In this document: positions 46,353 through 56,255 of the stretch, piece by piece
Numbering within the stretch: position 1 is the stretch's first letter
Layout of the letters: every line of letters starts with the position of its first letter
Assembly (NCBI GenBank): GCA_964342815.1
Contig: CAYFHS010000005.1
Span: forward strand, 64,001-128,000
Length of the DNA stretch: 64,000 nt
Reading direction: 5' to 3'
Source: an uncultured archaeon
GTDB taxonomy: Archaea > Thermoplasmatota > Penumbrarchaeia > JASLWR01
Position numbers and translations under genes: made by a program
The notes under the pieces: model-generated
Told to the model about the DNA's origin: nothing
The model's database searches: none
The model's input: the letters and a program-made list of their open reading frames with translations, nothing else

Positions 46353-47306
46353 TCATCCGGATATATGCGTCCCGGTCTCTCCCCTGATGGCCTTTCCGAT
46401 ATTGTTGGCGGATGTGATTATGACCTTTTTCCCACCATTTTTTAGATAATTTATCGCCGACTTGACCTTGGGGCCCATGCTCCCGGGTGCGAATTCTCCC
46501 GCTTCCAGGTACTTTTCGGCTTCAGCAAGAGTTATATTTTCGAGAGCTGTCTGATCGGGTTTTCCGTAATTGATGTAGACATTGTCGATATCCGTTGAGA
46601 TCAGAAACAGGTCTACTGAAATATCTCCGGCAAGAAGGCTTGAGGCAAGGTCCTTGTCGATCACCGCAGCAGTACCTTTTAACATACCTTGCTCGTCCTG
46701 CACCACGGGAATGCCTCCCCCTCCTACGGCAATGACGATGAAACCGCTCTTTATTAGTTCCCGTATGCTCTCCATCTCGATAATTCGAAGCGGAAGGGGC
46801 GAGGCAACCACCCTTCTCCATCCTTTGTTTGCGATTTCCACAATATCCCAGTTCTCGCTCTCCTTTTTGTTCATGGCATCTTCTTTCGTGTAGACCGGTC
46901 CGATGGGTTTTGTGGGTTTTAAAAAACCTGGATCATCCTTGTCGACAACACATTGAGTAATAACGGTGCAGCATTTTTTATCGATTCCCCTTCGCAGGAA
47001 TTCATTGTACAGGTTTTGCTGCAGCATGTAACCAATAGCTCCCTGGGTATCGGCTCCCACGGAATCCAGTGGTACAGAGTGGATCTGTTCCGACGATATT
47101 TCGCTCCGTAACAGAATAAATCCCACCTGCGGGCCGTTCCCGTGTGTTATCACCACGTCCCAACCGTCCTCGATCATGTCCGCTATATGCTTGCATGTGA
47201 TATTACTGATCTTGAACTGCTCTTCCACAGATTTGTGTTCCTGATCCGCTATTAACGAATTTCCGCCTATTGCCACGATGGCCGTCCTTGCCATTTCATT
47301 ACACAT
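46353..47306 (-). CDS. arcC: Carbamate kinase
   Basis: AIGGNSL, ITHGNGPQVG, GWRRVVASP, AVIDKD, GSMGPKV. Confidence 0.96.
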   Translation of the reverse strand: MCNEMARTAIVAIGGNSLIADQEHKSVEEQFKISNITCKHIADMIEDGWDVVITHGNGPQVGFILLRSEISSEQIHSVPLDSVGADTQGAIGYMLQQNLYNEFLRRGIDKKCCTVITQCVVDKDDPGFLKPTKPIGPVYTKEDAMNKKESENWDIVEIANKGWRRVVASPLPLRIIEMESIRELIKSGFIVIAVGGGGIPVVQDEQGMLKGTAAVIDKDLASSLLAGDISVDLFLISTDIDNVYINYGKPDQTALENITLAEAEKYLEAGEFAPGSMGPKVKSAINYLKNGGKKVIITSANNIGKAIRGETGTHISG

Positions 47307-47583
47307 CCCATATTGAATATTCGTAATATACGTAACTGTTACCCTATGAATAATAAAACCATGACCGAAAGGGTGCAGGCGATGGCGATTCCGGCAAATA
47401 TTCTAGTTGCTTTCTTATCTCCCCAATCATATTTTGCTGTCCTTGCCAGGAATCCGAATAGCAGAGCTAACAGTAACAATATTATACCAACAAGGTTTAT
47501 CCATTCCATACCTGTCCACTACGTCCAATGGTACAACTTCGCTCCCAAAGTACAGCTTGATGGCGAGTACCGGGGAATTTGTC

Positions 47584-48618
47584 TCATTTGAGAAGCTTAC
47601 CCGAAGCACCGCATTTCTTGCATTTCACTATGACAGGTCGGCTCTTAGATGGAATTGTGACCATGGAGCGGCATTTCGGACATTTCATGGTATCGGGTTT
47701 TTCCTTTTCTTGCCTCTTTTCACGGGTTTTCCGCCGATCCTCCTCGGGTTCAGATTCCCGCCTTTTCCTTCTCTCCTCCCTTCGCCTGCGGGGTCTTTCC
47801 TCTTCTTCCTCCTCTTCTTCTTCCGGAGGTTCGGGTTCCCGCCTTCTCCTTCTCTCCCCCCTTCTCCTGCGAGGTCTTTCCTCTTCTTCCTCCTCATCCT
47901 CCTCTTCGACCTCTTCTATATTTTCAACTTCCTCTTCCTCGTCATCACCCCAATCGGGTTCACCCACCACCTCTTCCATCTCTACTTCAGCCTCTTCTGA
48001 GAACTCAAATTCCATAGGCGGGGGCGTCTCTTCCTCGATTACCTCGAATGAATCTTCCATCTCGATGTCCGGATCCTCGATAAGCTCCGGTATCTCTTCG
48101 ATTATTTCCACCACTCTTTTCTTTTTCTTTCCACGCCCCTTCTTTTTCTTCTTGCCCCGTTTCTTGACGGTCTCCTCGCGCTCAGCGGTCATCCTCTTGT
48201 AGAACTCCGCTTTCTTTTCCACCTTTTCGGCATATTTGAGGTCTTTTCTTGCTCTTTCCGATATCTGATGGGCTCTCTTCAACGTTCTGCCTGCAAGCTG
48301 GTATTCGTTCTCTTCCGTATGGATTATACCCATCTGTCTCCAGGCATACTCGTCGTCTTCATCGATATCGGTCAGCACCTTGAACCATTTCAATGCCTCT
48401 TCGTAGTCACTTTCGTTCTTGTGGAGTTCGGCAAGGTATATAAACACTTCAAGTTGAAGCTCTTCATGAAGTTCCTCATCTATCTCGTACCGGCTGGCGA
48501 GGCTCTTAAGCATGAGCTCTCCGTCGTCACTTAGGGAGCCATCGGAAAAGGCCACCTTCAGAGCGTCCTTGTATATTCTTATGTTCTGTTCCGGGATTTC
48601 GCTTTTTCTAGCCACCAT
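47584..48618 (-). CDS. Hypothetical protein: TerB-like N-terminus, TPR, charged low-complexity region, C-terminal zinc ribbon
   Basis: YKDALKVAFSDG; TPR-like YEEALKWF...AWRQMG; poly-E/poly-R blocks; CPKC...CKKC. Confidence 0.85.
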   Translation of the reverse strand: MVARKSEIPEQNIRIYKDALKVAFSDGSLSDDGELMLKSLASRYEIDEELHEELQLEVFIYLAELHKNESDYEEALKWFKVLTDIDEDDEYAWRQMGIIHTEENEYQLAGRTLKRAHQISERARKDLKYAEKVEKKAEFYKRMTAEREETVKKRGKKKKKGRGKKKKRVVEIIEEIPELIEDPDIEMEDSFEVIEEETPPPMEFEFSEEAEVEMEEVVGEPDWGDDEEEEVENIEEVEEEDEEEEEERPRRRRGERRRRREPEPPEEEEEEEEERPRRRREERRKRRESEPEEDRRKTREKRQEKEKPDTMKCPKCRSMVTIPSKSRPVIVKCKKCGASGKLLK

Positions 48619-48638
48619 AACACCCCTTTTGCAATTGT

Positions 48639-48935
48639 ATTGCCAAATGTGCGTACTTCGACGGCAAGTCGAGGCCTTTCGAGTAACTCCTCGGCAAAGC
48701 CAGGCGTGTCTTCAAGGTAACGTCCTTGAAGGCGCAGCAGAGCCGTAGGGTCTGCGTAGTGTAACGTGCGTCGTATGATACACCAGGACTCGAAAGGACT
48801 AGATGCATCTTGATGCATCAAAGGTTTGCACAGTTGACAATTTTCGCAGAATCGCAGGGGCCGATCCTGCTGAATCGAGAACAACCGTTTCCTAAGGAAG
48901 CACCTGGACCCCAAAGGGTCTCTCGGGATAGAGAT
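48639..48935. ncRNA. Candidate structured non-coding RNA of unknown family
   Basis: At least 8 nested helices within 48639-48841, including a 14-nt closing duplex and a perfect 10-bp long-range helix, plus four more hairpins to 48935. Strand unresolved. Confidence 0.6.
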
Positions 48936-49044
48936 AATATTGCCCTTTTGATTAAATAATTAACGATTATATATTATAAAAAGAGAAACATGGATGCAGA
49001 GTTCCGTGTATGATGGAAGGTGCGGACTTTATTATCTATGATTA

Positions 49045-50466
49045 TTACAAAATACGCTTTAATTCCGAATGTATCTTTCTGGCCATGGTGGGTGTGATAC
49101 CTTCGACCAAACGAAGGTCATGGGGGATGGCTTCCGCCAGCTCTTTCATGGACCAGTATCCTCCCAGATATAGTCTCATTGCAATGTCTTCATCCAAACC
49201 CAGATCTTTGATAAAGCCGTTGACCACCGTCTCCATGGAATGATCCGCTTCATCTCCCATCCTTTGATTCATATTTTCTTCATTATCTTCATTTCCTTTT
49301 TTTGCTGAGAACGGCTCAAAATCAATTTTTTCCAGAATATTCTCCACGGTTCCCATTTCTTTAGGGGGTTCTTCCACTTTTGAGCTTTTTCTATCTTTTA
49401 CCATCTGGTGGTTTTCATAGTCCTGTGAATCACTACTTGATTTGGTGGATTCCTCTTCCACTTCATCCTGATCGAACTCGTCATATATCTCTCCCACGAG
49501 TTCCTCGAGAATGTCCTCTAGTGTAATTATACCGAGGAACTTTTTGTTCTCATCGCCCACAATGGCCAGGTGAACCCGATTCGCTCTCATGGTATTGAAT
49601 ACTGATGTTATGTCCTCGTCAGGAGAGACGATCCAGGGTTCTCTCATGAATTTTTTAATACTTTTTTCCATCCTATTCAGAAGATCCTTGGTATATATCA
49701 CACCTACTACCTTCATTTTCTGACTGTTCACAACCGGTAAACGAGTGTATCCCCTGTATACCATCTGTTTCTTCGCCTCGATCACGGATAATTTCCAGTC
49801 CAGGTATTTTACATCGTTACTCGGTATCATGGCATCCTTGACCTTGAGGTCGCCGAATTTGAATACCCTGTATATTATATCCTTCTCGATATCCTTTATC
49901 TCTCCAGCATCCGCTCCCTTATCTGCGAGATGTTTTATACTCAATTCCTGAACATGAAAATCTTCCTTTGCTATTGAGCCTCTCCCAAGGCTCATCAGTC
50001 CCCGGGAAATTGCCTTTAACAGCGATATCAAGGGAGCTAAACTCCTTGTAAGAAAATAAACCTGTTTTGCGTTGCGTGAACTTATTTTTCGGTTCTTCTT
50101 TATCGCGTAGGCTTTTGGGGTGATCTCTCCAAAAACAAGCAGGAGAAGCGTCAAAGCACCCACCGAGATAGAGACTCCAATATTACCCCAAAGGCTATAG
50201 AAAAGAAGTGTGGCCAGTGAAGACGCCAGGATATTTACTAGGTTATTTCCGATGAGTATGGTAATTATGGTACGGTCCATATCCGCCATCAATTTCTCAA
50301 TGAAATGAACATTCTTCGTTCTTTTATGTTTCATCTGGAGAAGGTCTATCTCGTTCAGGGAAGTCAGAGCGGTCTCCGCACCCGAGAATCTCCCGGATAG
50401 ATAGATGAGAAAAAATAATGCGGAAACATACATGATTATGGTTAGCGGCTCCATCAATAACCTCAT
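49045..50466 (-). CDS. CNNM/CorB (HlyC/CorC) family metal transporter: DUF21 plus CBS pair, with a C-terminal HhH-like extension
   Basis: FSGAETALTSL, TILIGNNLVN, FGEITPK, YTRLPV, GIITLEDILEELVGEIYDEFD. Confidence 0.93.
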   Translation of the reverse strand: MRLLMEPLTIIMYVSALFFLIYLSGRFSGAETALTSLNEIDLLQMKHKRTKNVHFIEKLMADMDRTIITILIGNNLVNILASSLATLLFYSLWGNIGVSISVGALTLLLLVFGEITPKAYAIKKNRKISSRNAKQVYFLTRSLAPLISLLKAISRGLMSLGRGSIAKEDFHVQELSIKHLADKGADAGEIKDIEKDIIYRVFKFGDLKVKDAMIPSNDVKYLDWKLSVIEAKKQMVYRGYTRLPVVNSQKMKVVGVIYTKDLLNRMEKSIKKFMREPWIVSPDEDITSVFNTMRANRVHLAIVGDENKKFLGIITLEDILEELVGEIYDEFDQDEVEEESTKSSSDSQDYENHQMVKDRKSSKVEEPPKEMGTVENILEKIDFEPFSAKKGNEDNEENMNQRMGDEADHSMETVVNGFIKDLGLDEDIAMRLYLGGYWSMKELAEAIPHDLRLVEGITPTMARKIHSELKRIL

Positions 50467-50749
50467 TGCCCTTGCGGTTATTTGTCATAACCTTAAAACG
50501 ATTATTAAAGATTGTCGTTATTATTATATCATAGCGTCACAGGTATGAAAACGATTCCCATAAAAAGCTCCGTTTGAAAGATTCCCGGAAATGAACGGAG
50601 ATTAATTATAATTGCAGACGGTTATTATATTGTCAATGGTGAAAGGCTCGACAAAAAGTCGAGGTTTGCAGCTTGGCAATGTTCGCGGAATCGCGGATCG
50701 AAGGGCCGATTCCGCTGAATCCTTCCTAAACCTTTATCAGGTGAATGAT

Positions 50750-51757
50750 ATGGGAATTGTCTTTGACGAATCATACATCGAGCATCGGCAAAATTATATG
50801 CACCCCGAGCGGCCTGAACGCCTGGAAGCGATAATTGAAAAGATGAGTGCCCAATCGCTTTGGAAAAATATCGTAAAACCGGATCCCGCTGCCGTAGAGG
50901 ACGTCACACTCAACCATTCGGAAAGATATGTACGACGGATCCGGGATTCTCCTGAAGGGTACATCGATCCGGATACCTATCTACGGAAAAAGACATATGA
51001 CATAGCCATGAAAGCTGTGGGAGGGGCAATAAAGGCTGCAGAAATGGCATATGATAAGAAAGAGACCGCCTTGGCTTTACTGAGACCTCCCGGGCATCAT
51101 GCGGTTGAGAGCTCGTCCATGGGCTTTTGTTATTTCAACAACATAGCCATTGCAGCAAAGAAGATTGCGGACAAGGCACCACGTATAGTAATTATTGATC
51201 CCGACGTCCATCACGGGAACGGCACCCAGGATTCTTTCTATAACAGCAGCGACGTTCTGTACATCTCAACACACCAGAGATATATCTTCCCGGGAACCGG
51301 CCGTATCTCGGAGGTGGGAAGCGGAAAGGGGAAGGGATTTACAGTTAACATCCCCTTTGATGATGGTTGCGGTGATTCCAGCTACGAAATGGCACTGACG
51401 AAAGTTATTCTGCCAGTAATCGAGCAATTCAAACCTGATATGATAATGGTGTCGTTGGGGACCGATGCTCATTACGAAGATTTGTTAGCCGGATTGAATC
51501 TTTCCAGCAGGGGATACGTGGACATGATGAAAAGGTTGCATGGATTGGCGAACAAAATATGTAACGGGCGTTTTGCTGTCTTCCTCGAAGGTGGCTATGC
51601 TCTTTCGCCCTTGAGCGAGATCGTAACAGGTTTTTACGGCTCCACACGGGGAAGACATATCTCTCTTAAGCATACCGACATATCGGATAAAACAGGTTTG
51701 GGATCTGCTACGATCCAGTCCGTATTGGATACACAGAGAAAATATTGGGACCTGTAG
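50750..51757 (+). CDS. Histone deacetylase family (Zn-dependent amidohydrolase) protein
   Basis: HPERPERL, RPPGHHA, GFCYFNN, DVHHGNGT, EGGY. Start moved from 50612 to the ATG at 50750 after a GGTGA ribosome-binding site. Confidence 0.95.
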   Translation: MGIVFDESYIEHRQNYMHPERPERLEAIIEKMSAQSLWKNIVKPDPAAVEDVTLNHSERYVRRIRDSPEGYIDPDTYLRKKTYDIAMKAVGGAIKAAEMAYDKKETALALLRPPGHHAVESSSMGFCYFNNIAIAAKKIADKAPRIVIIDPDVHHGNGTQDSFYNSSDVLYISTHQRYIFPGTGRISEVGSGKGKGFTVNIPFDDGCGDSSYEMALTKVILPVIEQFKPDMIMVSLGTDAHYEDLLAGLNLSSRGYVDMMKRLHGLANKICNGRFAVFLEGGYALSPLSEIVTGFYGSTRGRHISLKHTDISDKTGLGSATIQSVLDTQRKYWDL

Positions 51758-51762
51758 AAAAT

Positions 51763-52428
51763 TCAGTGTATGTATGCATCGGTCTTATCCTTGTCTTCTT
51801 CCTTGCTTTTCTTCGTCCCGTTTGACGTGATTGGATTTGCCGCAACCTCGAAAACCACTTCTGTAGCAAGACTCTCGTTCATCCCCGCCAACACCAGATC
51901 CTGAATTATTTCGGCCTTTTCCCGTCCTCTGTTAAGATCGATTTGGATCCCTAATTTTAATATTTCCAGAGCCTCTTCCTCGCTCATATTCCCTATCCCG
52001 TATTCGGACATTCCGAACTTGGATAACCACCATCGGCCACCATGTATAAGGCTGCTCATGGCTGTGTTGAATTCGCTCTTGTTCAGGTATTGTGTATCAA
52101 GGTCCACCCGCAATACTATCTCATCGTTCCTGTTTGCAAGAACGAACTTTATAAATCGGCTCTCATCGTTGCGGATCAGCAGTTCTCTGAATATGTCTGC
52201 TTTCTGTTCTTTTTCCCAGCTATAAGTCTCTATAGTAGTATAGATCGAAACGTGGATCACTTCATCATTTATCTCTACCCCAATGGGGAATGGAACGTCC
52301 TTGTTCTCCACCAAGAGACCTTTTTCGAGACTGGGGTGTTCTCTGATATTCCAGTTCGAATCGATAATCATGTTAGATTTTTCGTTCCCTTCGGAGAACC
52401 ACTTTCTCACTTTCTTATACCAGTCCAT
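51763..52428 (-). CDS. YbjN/type III chaperone-like domain protein
   Basis: IFRELLIRNDESRFIKFVL...EIVLRVDL...EFNTAMSSL pattern resembles YbjN domains. Confidence 0.65.
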   Translation of the reverse strand: MDWYKKVRKWFSEGNEKSNMIIDSNWNIREHPSLEKGLLVENKDVPFPIGVEINDEVIHVSIYTTIETYSWEKEQKADIFRELLIRNDESRFIKFVLANRNDEIVLRVDLDTQYLNKSEFNTAMSSLIHGGRWWLSKFGMSEYGIGNMSEEEALEILKLGIQIDLNRGREKAEIIQDLVLAGMNESLATEVVFEVAANPITSNGTKKSKEEDKDKTDAYIH

Positions 52429-52864
52429 TCGACCCCACTTCCATTGAATATTACCTGTTGATTTCTTGTGGTTTTGAATATTAGACGTATGCCTCTTGGC
52501 GCTAATTATGATTAGCTAATTAAAGTTTTCTGTGTATTGCATTTACTCATAAAACATAGGTTTTTTGTTCTTTTTTTTCTTTCATGAATCATCCGAACCA
52601 ATTTACCATATCCATGGGCAAGAATTATCCAATGATCCTGATAAGGTTTTTGTAGGGTTCCTAATACCATGTATTATGTAAGAATTCCCGGCCCAATGAA
52701 CCGGATTCCAGTGGATGGCGGTGAAAATGAGTTTTATTAAAAATCGCAAGAAAATAGCAACACTTTTTTATAAGGATTTGTTATAGCGAGAAAGGAATTA
52801 TACCTACCCAAAATTACCTTGAACGGTTTTCGTGGAAGAAACATATTAAAAATCAGGTGGTACG

Positions 52865-54643
52865 ATGACGAATGTAAAAGAAGGGCAGATCATTTTCATT
52901 GCTGGACCAGTAGTAAAGGCAGACGGGATGAAAGGCGCTAAGATGTATGACGTGGTACAGGTGGGTGAGGAAGGGCTGATAGGGGAGATCATCGGTCTTC
53001 TCGGTGATCAGGCTACCATGCAGGTATATGAAGAGACCGCAGGGGTTGTACCAGGTGAGAAAGTGGTGCAGACCGAGCGTCCCTTGTCCGTAGCGCTGGC
53101 ACCCGGTCTCATAGGAATGATATATGACGGGATCCAGAGACCGTTGGCAAAGATAATGGAAAAAACCGGAATGTACATGGCCCGCGGTGTCAGGGTGGAT
53201 TCCCTGGATTTCCAAAAGAAATGGCATTTCGTTCCTAAAGTGAAACCAGGAATAGAGGTTTCCGGCGGTCAGGTTCTCGGTGTCGTGCAGGAGACTCCCG
53301 TAGTTTTGCACAAGATAATGGTGCCGCCTGATGTGAAAGGGAAATTGAACTTCATCGCTAGGGAAGGTGATTATTCAATAGAGGAGACCATTGCAAAGGT
53401 GAACGCCAATGGGAAGGAAAAGGGCCTGGCAATGCTTCAGTATTGGCCAGTTAGGATGGCCCGTCCCTTCGTGAAAAAGTTCGATCCCGAGATACCCCTT
53501 CTAACCGGTCAGAGAATCCTGGATGCTTTTTTCCCATTGACAAAGGGGGGGACGGCTGCAATACCTGGTGGTTTTGGAACCGGCAAGACAGTTACACAGC
53601 ACCAGCTTGCAAAATGGTGTGATGCGGATATTATCGTATATGTAGGCTGCGGAGAGAGAGGGAACGAGATGACCGAGGTTTTGATGGAATTTCCCGAACT
53701 GGAGGATCCCCGGACAGGCCAACCATTGATGAACCGTACAATCCTCATTGCTAACACGTCCAATATGCCCGTGGCCGCAAGAGAAGCCAGTGTTTATACG
53801 GGGATAACCATCGCTGAGTATTACCGTGATATGGGCTATACCGTAGGATTGATGGCAGATTCCACCTCAAGGTGGGCAGAAGCTTTAAGAGAGATTTCAG
53901 GAAGACTGGAAGAGATGCCTGGGGAAGAAGGATATCCGGCATACCTCGCTTCCAAGCTGGCCGATTTTTATGAACGGGCAGGGTACGTCCAGGTGATCGG
54001 ACCTGAAAAGAAAACCGGTTCAATTGCCATAATCGGGGCAGTTTCACCGCCGGGAGGTGATTTCTCCGAACCTGTGACACAGAACACGCTCCGGATCGTA
54101 AAAGTTTTCTGGGCTCTTGATTCCGATCTTGCGGATAAAAAACATTTCCCGGCCATCCATTGGCTCAAGAGTTATTCCCTTTATCTCGAAAAGGCGAGTG
54201 ATTGGTGGAAGAAAAACGTCAGGGAGGAATGGCCAGAACTGAGGGAAAAGGCTATGAAACTGCTGCAGAAGGAAAATGAGCTGCAGGAAATAATACAGCT
54301 GGTTGGCCCTGATGCCTTACCCCATCATGAGCAGATCGTTCTCGAGGGTTCCAGGATCATAAGAGAGGATTTCTTACAACAGCACGCCTATCACCGGGTT
54401 GATACATATTGTCCCACAACCAAGCAGTTCAAGATGATGGATATTATGCTGAATTATTTCGATCGTCTCAACGATGCTCTGGAGAAAGGGGTCCGAATCG
54501 ATGTTCTGAAGGCACAAAGGGATATGAAAGAGAGAATCTCCCGATTGAAATATATCGATAACAAGACTTTCGATCGCGATTCTAAACAGGTTACCAAATT
54601 GATTGAAAAAACCTTTACAAAACTTCTGGAGGGGTCCAAATGA
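52865..54643 (+). CDS. atpA: A/V-type ATP synthase subunit A
   Basis: Walker [47 protein letters not shown]. Confidence 0.98.
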   Translation: MTNVKEGQIIFIAGPVVKADGMKGAKMYDVVQVGEEGLIGEIIGLLGDQATMQVYEETAGVVPGEKVVQTERPLSVALAPGLIGMIYDGIQRPLAKIMEKTGMYMARGVRVDSLDFQKKWHFVPKVKPGIEVSGGQVLGVVQETPVVLHKIMVPPDVKGKLNFIAREGDYSIEETIAKVNANGKEKGLAMLQYWPVRMARPFVKKFDPEIPLLTGQRILDAFFPLTKGGTAAIPGGFGTGKTVTQHQLAKWCDADIIVYVGCGERGNEMTEVLMEFPELEDPRTGQPLMNRTILIANTSNMPVAAREASVYTGITIAEYYRDMGYTVGLMADSTSRWAEALREISGRLEEMPGEEGYPAYLASKLADFYERAGYVQVIGPEKKTGSIAIIGAVSPPGGDFSEPVTQNTLRIVKVFWALDSDLADKKHFPAIHWLKSYSLYLEKASDWWKKNVREEWPELREKAMKLLQKENELQEIIQLVGPDALPHHEQIVLEGSRIIREDFLQQHAYHRVDTYCPTTKQFKMMDIMLNYFDRLNDALEKGVRIDVLKAQRDMKERISRLKYIDNKTFDRDSKQVTKLIEKTFTKLLEGSK

Positions 54644-56121
54644 GCGAGGAAATGGTATTCGATCTTATCGAGGATGATGATGTGGAGCTTTCCGGTTCCG
54701 GAAAGGCTGTGGAAGCTTCAAAAAGTTCCTTTAAAAAATTGAAGGACAAGGAATATTCCACTGTGAAAGAGATATCCGGACCGCTCCTGGTGGTAGAGAA
54801 GGTGGAGAAGGTTGCTTACGGGGAGGTTGTGAAAATCAGGGATCCTATGGGCGTAATGCGTCTCGGACAGGTGCTGGAGACCCATATGGAGAAGGCAGTT
54901 ATCCAGGTGTTCCAGGGTACTAAGGGACTGGATACCGAGCATACCAGCGTAAGGTTCCTGGGCGAGACCATGAAGATACCCTGCTCTCCTGAAATGCTGG
55001 GACGTGTTTTCGATGGTACCGGTCGACCAATCGACGACAGCCCCGACATCATACCGGAAACACTTTTGGATATAAACGGTGCTCCCATCAATCCGTCGGC
55101 GAGGGAATACCCCAAGGATTTCATTCAGACCGGTATTTCCACCATTGACGGTTTGAACACTCTGGTAAGGGGACAGAAATTACCCATTTTTTCCGCATCG
55201 GGTTTACCCCATAACGATCTCGCAGCACAGATCGCCCGACAGGCGAAGGTGAAGGGACAGGAAGAGGAGTTCGCAGTTATATTTTGTGCAATGGGTACAA
55301 CAGCCGAAGAGGCCAATTTCTTCGTGAGGGATTTCGAGAGGACCGGAGCCATAGAGAGAAGCGTTCTCTTCCTGAACCTTGCGGATGATCCGGCCATCGA
55401 GCGCATCATCATACCGAGGATGGCGCTTACCACCGCTGAATACCTGGCCTTTGAAAAGGACATGCATATTCTGGTCATACTTACTGATATGACGAATTAT
55501 TGTGAAGCTCTCCGTGAGATCGCGGCTGCCAGGGAAGAGGTTCCGGGCAGACGAGGATATCCGGGTTACATGTATACCGACCTAGCCTGCAACTACGAGA
55601 GAGCCGGGAGGATAAAAGGTAAGGAAGGTTCCATTACCATGATCCCCATACTTACCATGCCGGACGACGATATCACCCATCCCATACCCGATCTTACCGG
55701 GTACATTACGGAAGGCCAGATCGTGCTGTCGAGGGATATGTACCGTAAGGCAATAATCCCGCCGGTAAATGTCCTACCCTGTCTGTCCAGATTGATGAAA
55801 CAGGGCATAGGCGAAGGCAGGACCCGGGGCGATCACGACCAGGTATCGAACCAGCTATACGCCGCCTACGCCGAGGGCTGCGAACTTCGCGAGCTGGTGG
55901 CGGTGGTGGGTGAAGAAGCCCTTACCGAGCGCGACCGGCAGTATCTCGATTTCTCCGCAGTCTTCGAGGAACGGTTCATCACGCAGGGTAAGGACGAGGA
56001 CCGATCCATCGAGGGAACACTATCATTGAGCTGGGACCTTTTGACCGGTATTCCAAAGGATGAATTGAAGAAGATAGACGAGGAATACATCAAGAAATTT
56101 TATCCTAAAACCAAAAAGTAG
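54640..56121 (+). CDS. atpB: A/V-type ATP synthase subunit B
   Basis: [47 protein letters not shown]; ATGA overlap with atpA. Confidence 0.98.
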   Translation: MSEEMVFDLIEDDDVELSGSGKAVEASKSSFKKLKDKEYSTVKEISGPLLVVEKVEKVAYGEVVKIRDPMGVMRLGQVLETHMEKAVIQVFQGTKGLDTEHTSVRFLGETMKIPCSPEMLGRVFDGTGRPIDDSPDIIPETLLDINGAPINPSAREYPKDFIQTGISTIDGLNTLVRGQKLPIFSASGLPHNDLAAQIARQAKVKGQEEEFAVIFCAMGTTAEEANFFVRDFERTGAIERSVLFLNLADDPAIERIIIPRMALTTAEYLAFEKDMHILVILTDMTNYCEALREIAAAREEVPGRRGYPGYMYTDLACNYERAGRIKGKEGSITMIPILTMPDDDITHPIPDLTGYITEGQIVLSRDMYRKAIIPPVNVLPCLSRLMKQGIGEGRTRGDHDQVSNQLYAAYAEGCELRELVAVVGEEALTERDRQYLDFSAVFEERFITQGKDEDRSIEGTLSLSWDLLTGIPKDELKKIDEEYIKKFYPKTKK

Positions 56122-56255
56122 GTACGGATAATATTTCTTTGCTTTTCCTTAAGTTGGGCGTGAAAATCAATTCAGTGGTTTTGAAATGTTTTCAAATTCG
56201 TGAATTATTGTACCAAAAATCTTAAAACAGCGAAAGTTTTTACATAATTGATAAC

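Noticed and set aside
47407-48202. Long plus-strand ORFs (197 and 207 aa) rich in Ser or Phe/Leu/Pro
   Set aside because: Antisense shadows of the purine-rich low-complexity region of 47584-48618.
48698-48742. SRP RNA helix 8 (CCAGG...AGCAG)
   Set aside because: There is no GNRA-capped short apical stem and the flanking bases do not pair as in helix 8. CCAGG is better explained by the local CCT-C-GGC/GCC-AGG hairpin.
48649-48790. Group II intron (GTGCG start, GAGCCGTA resembling domain V) or group I intron (GACTA)
   Set aside because: The domain V partner strand (ACGGTTC-like) is missing, the group I P7/P3 order does not fit, and no host gene is interrupted.
48579-48914. 111-aa ORF over the structured region
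   Set aside because: No recognisable motif or ribosome-binding site, and it overlaps the next gene out of frame; dense base pairing explains the sequence better.
48868-48935. c-di-AMP or cobalamin riboswitch (GCTGAATC; GCCCCTGCG)
   Set aside because: Only short isolated word matches, some on opposite strands; the remaining consensus elements are absent.
50612-50749. N-terminal extension of the HDAC ORF
   Set aside because: Homology-like sequence starts at MGIVFDE (50750), which has its own GGTGA ribosome-binding site.
52430-52860. Hidden small ATP synthase subunit gene (F or H) upstream of atpA
   Set aside because: No open frame of suitable length or composition on the plus strand; the region is AT-rich and promoter-like.
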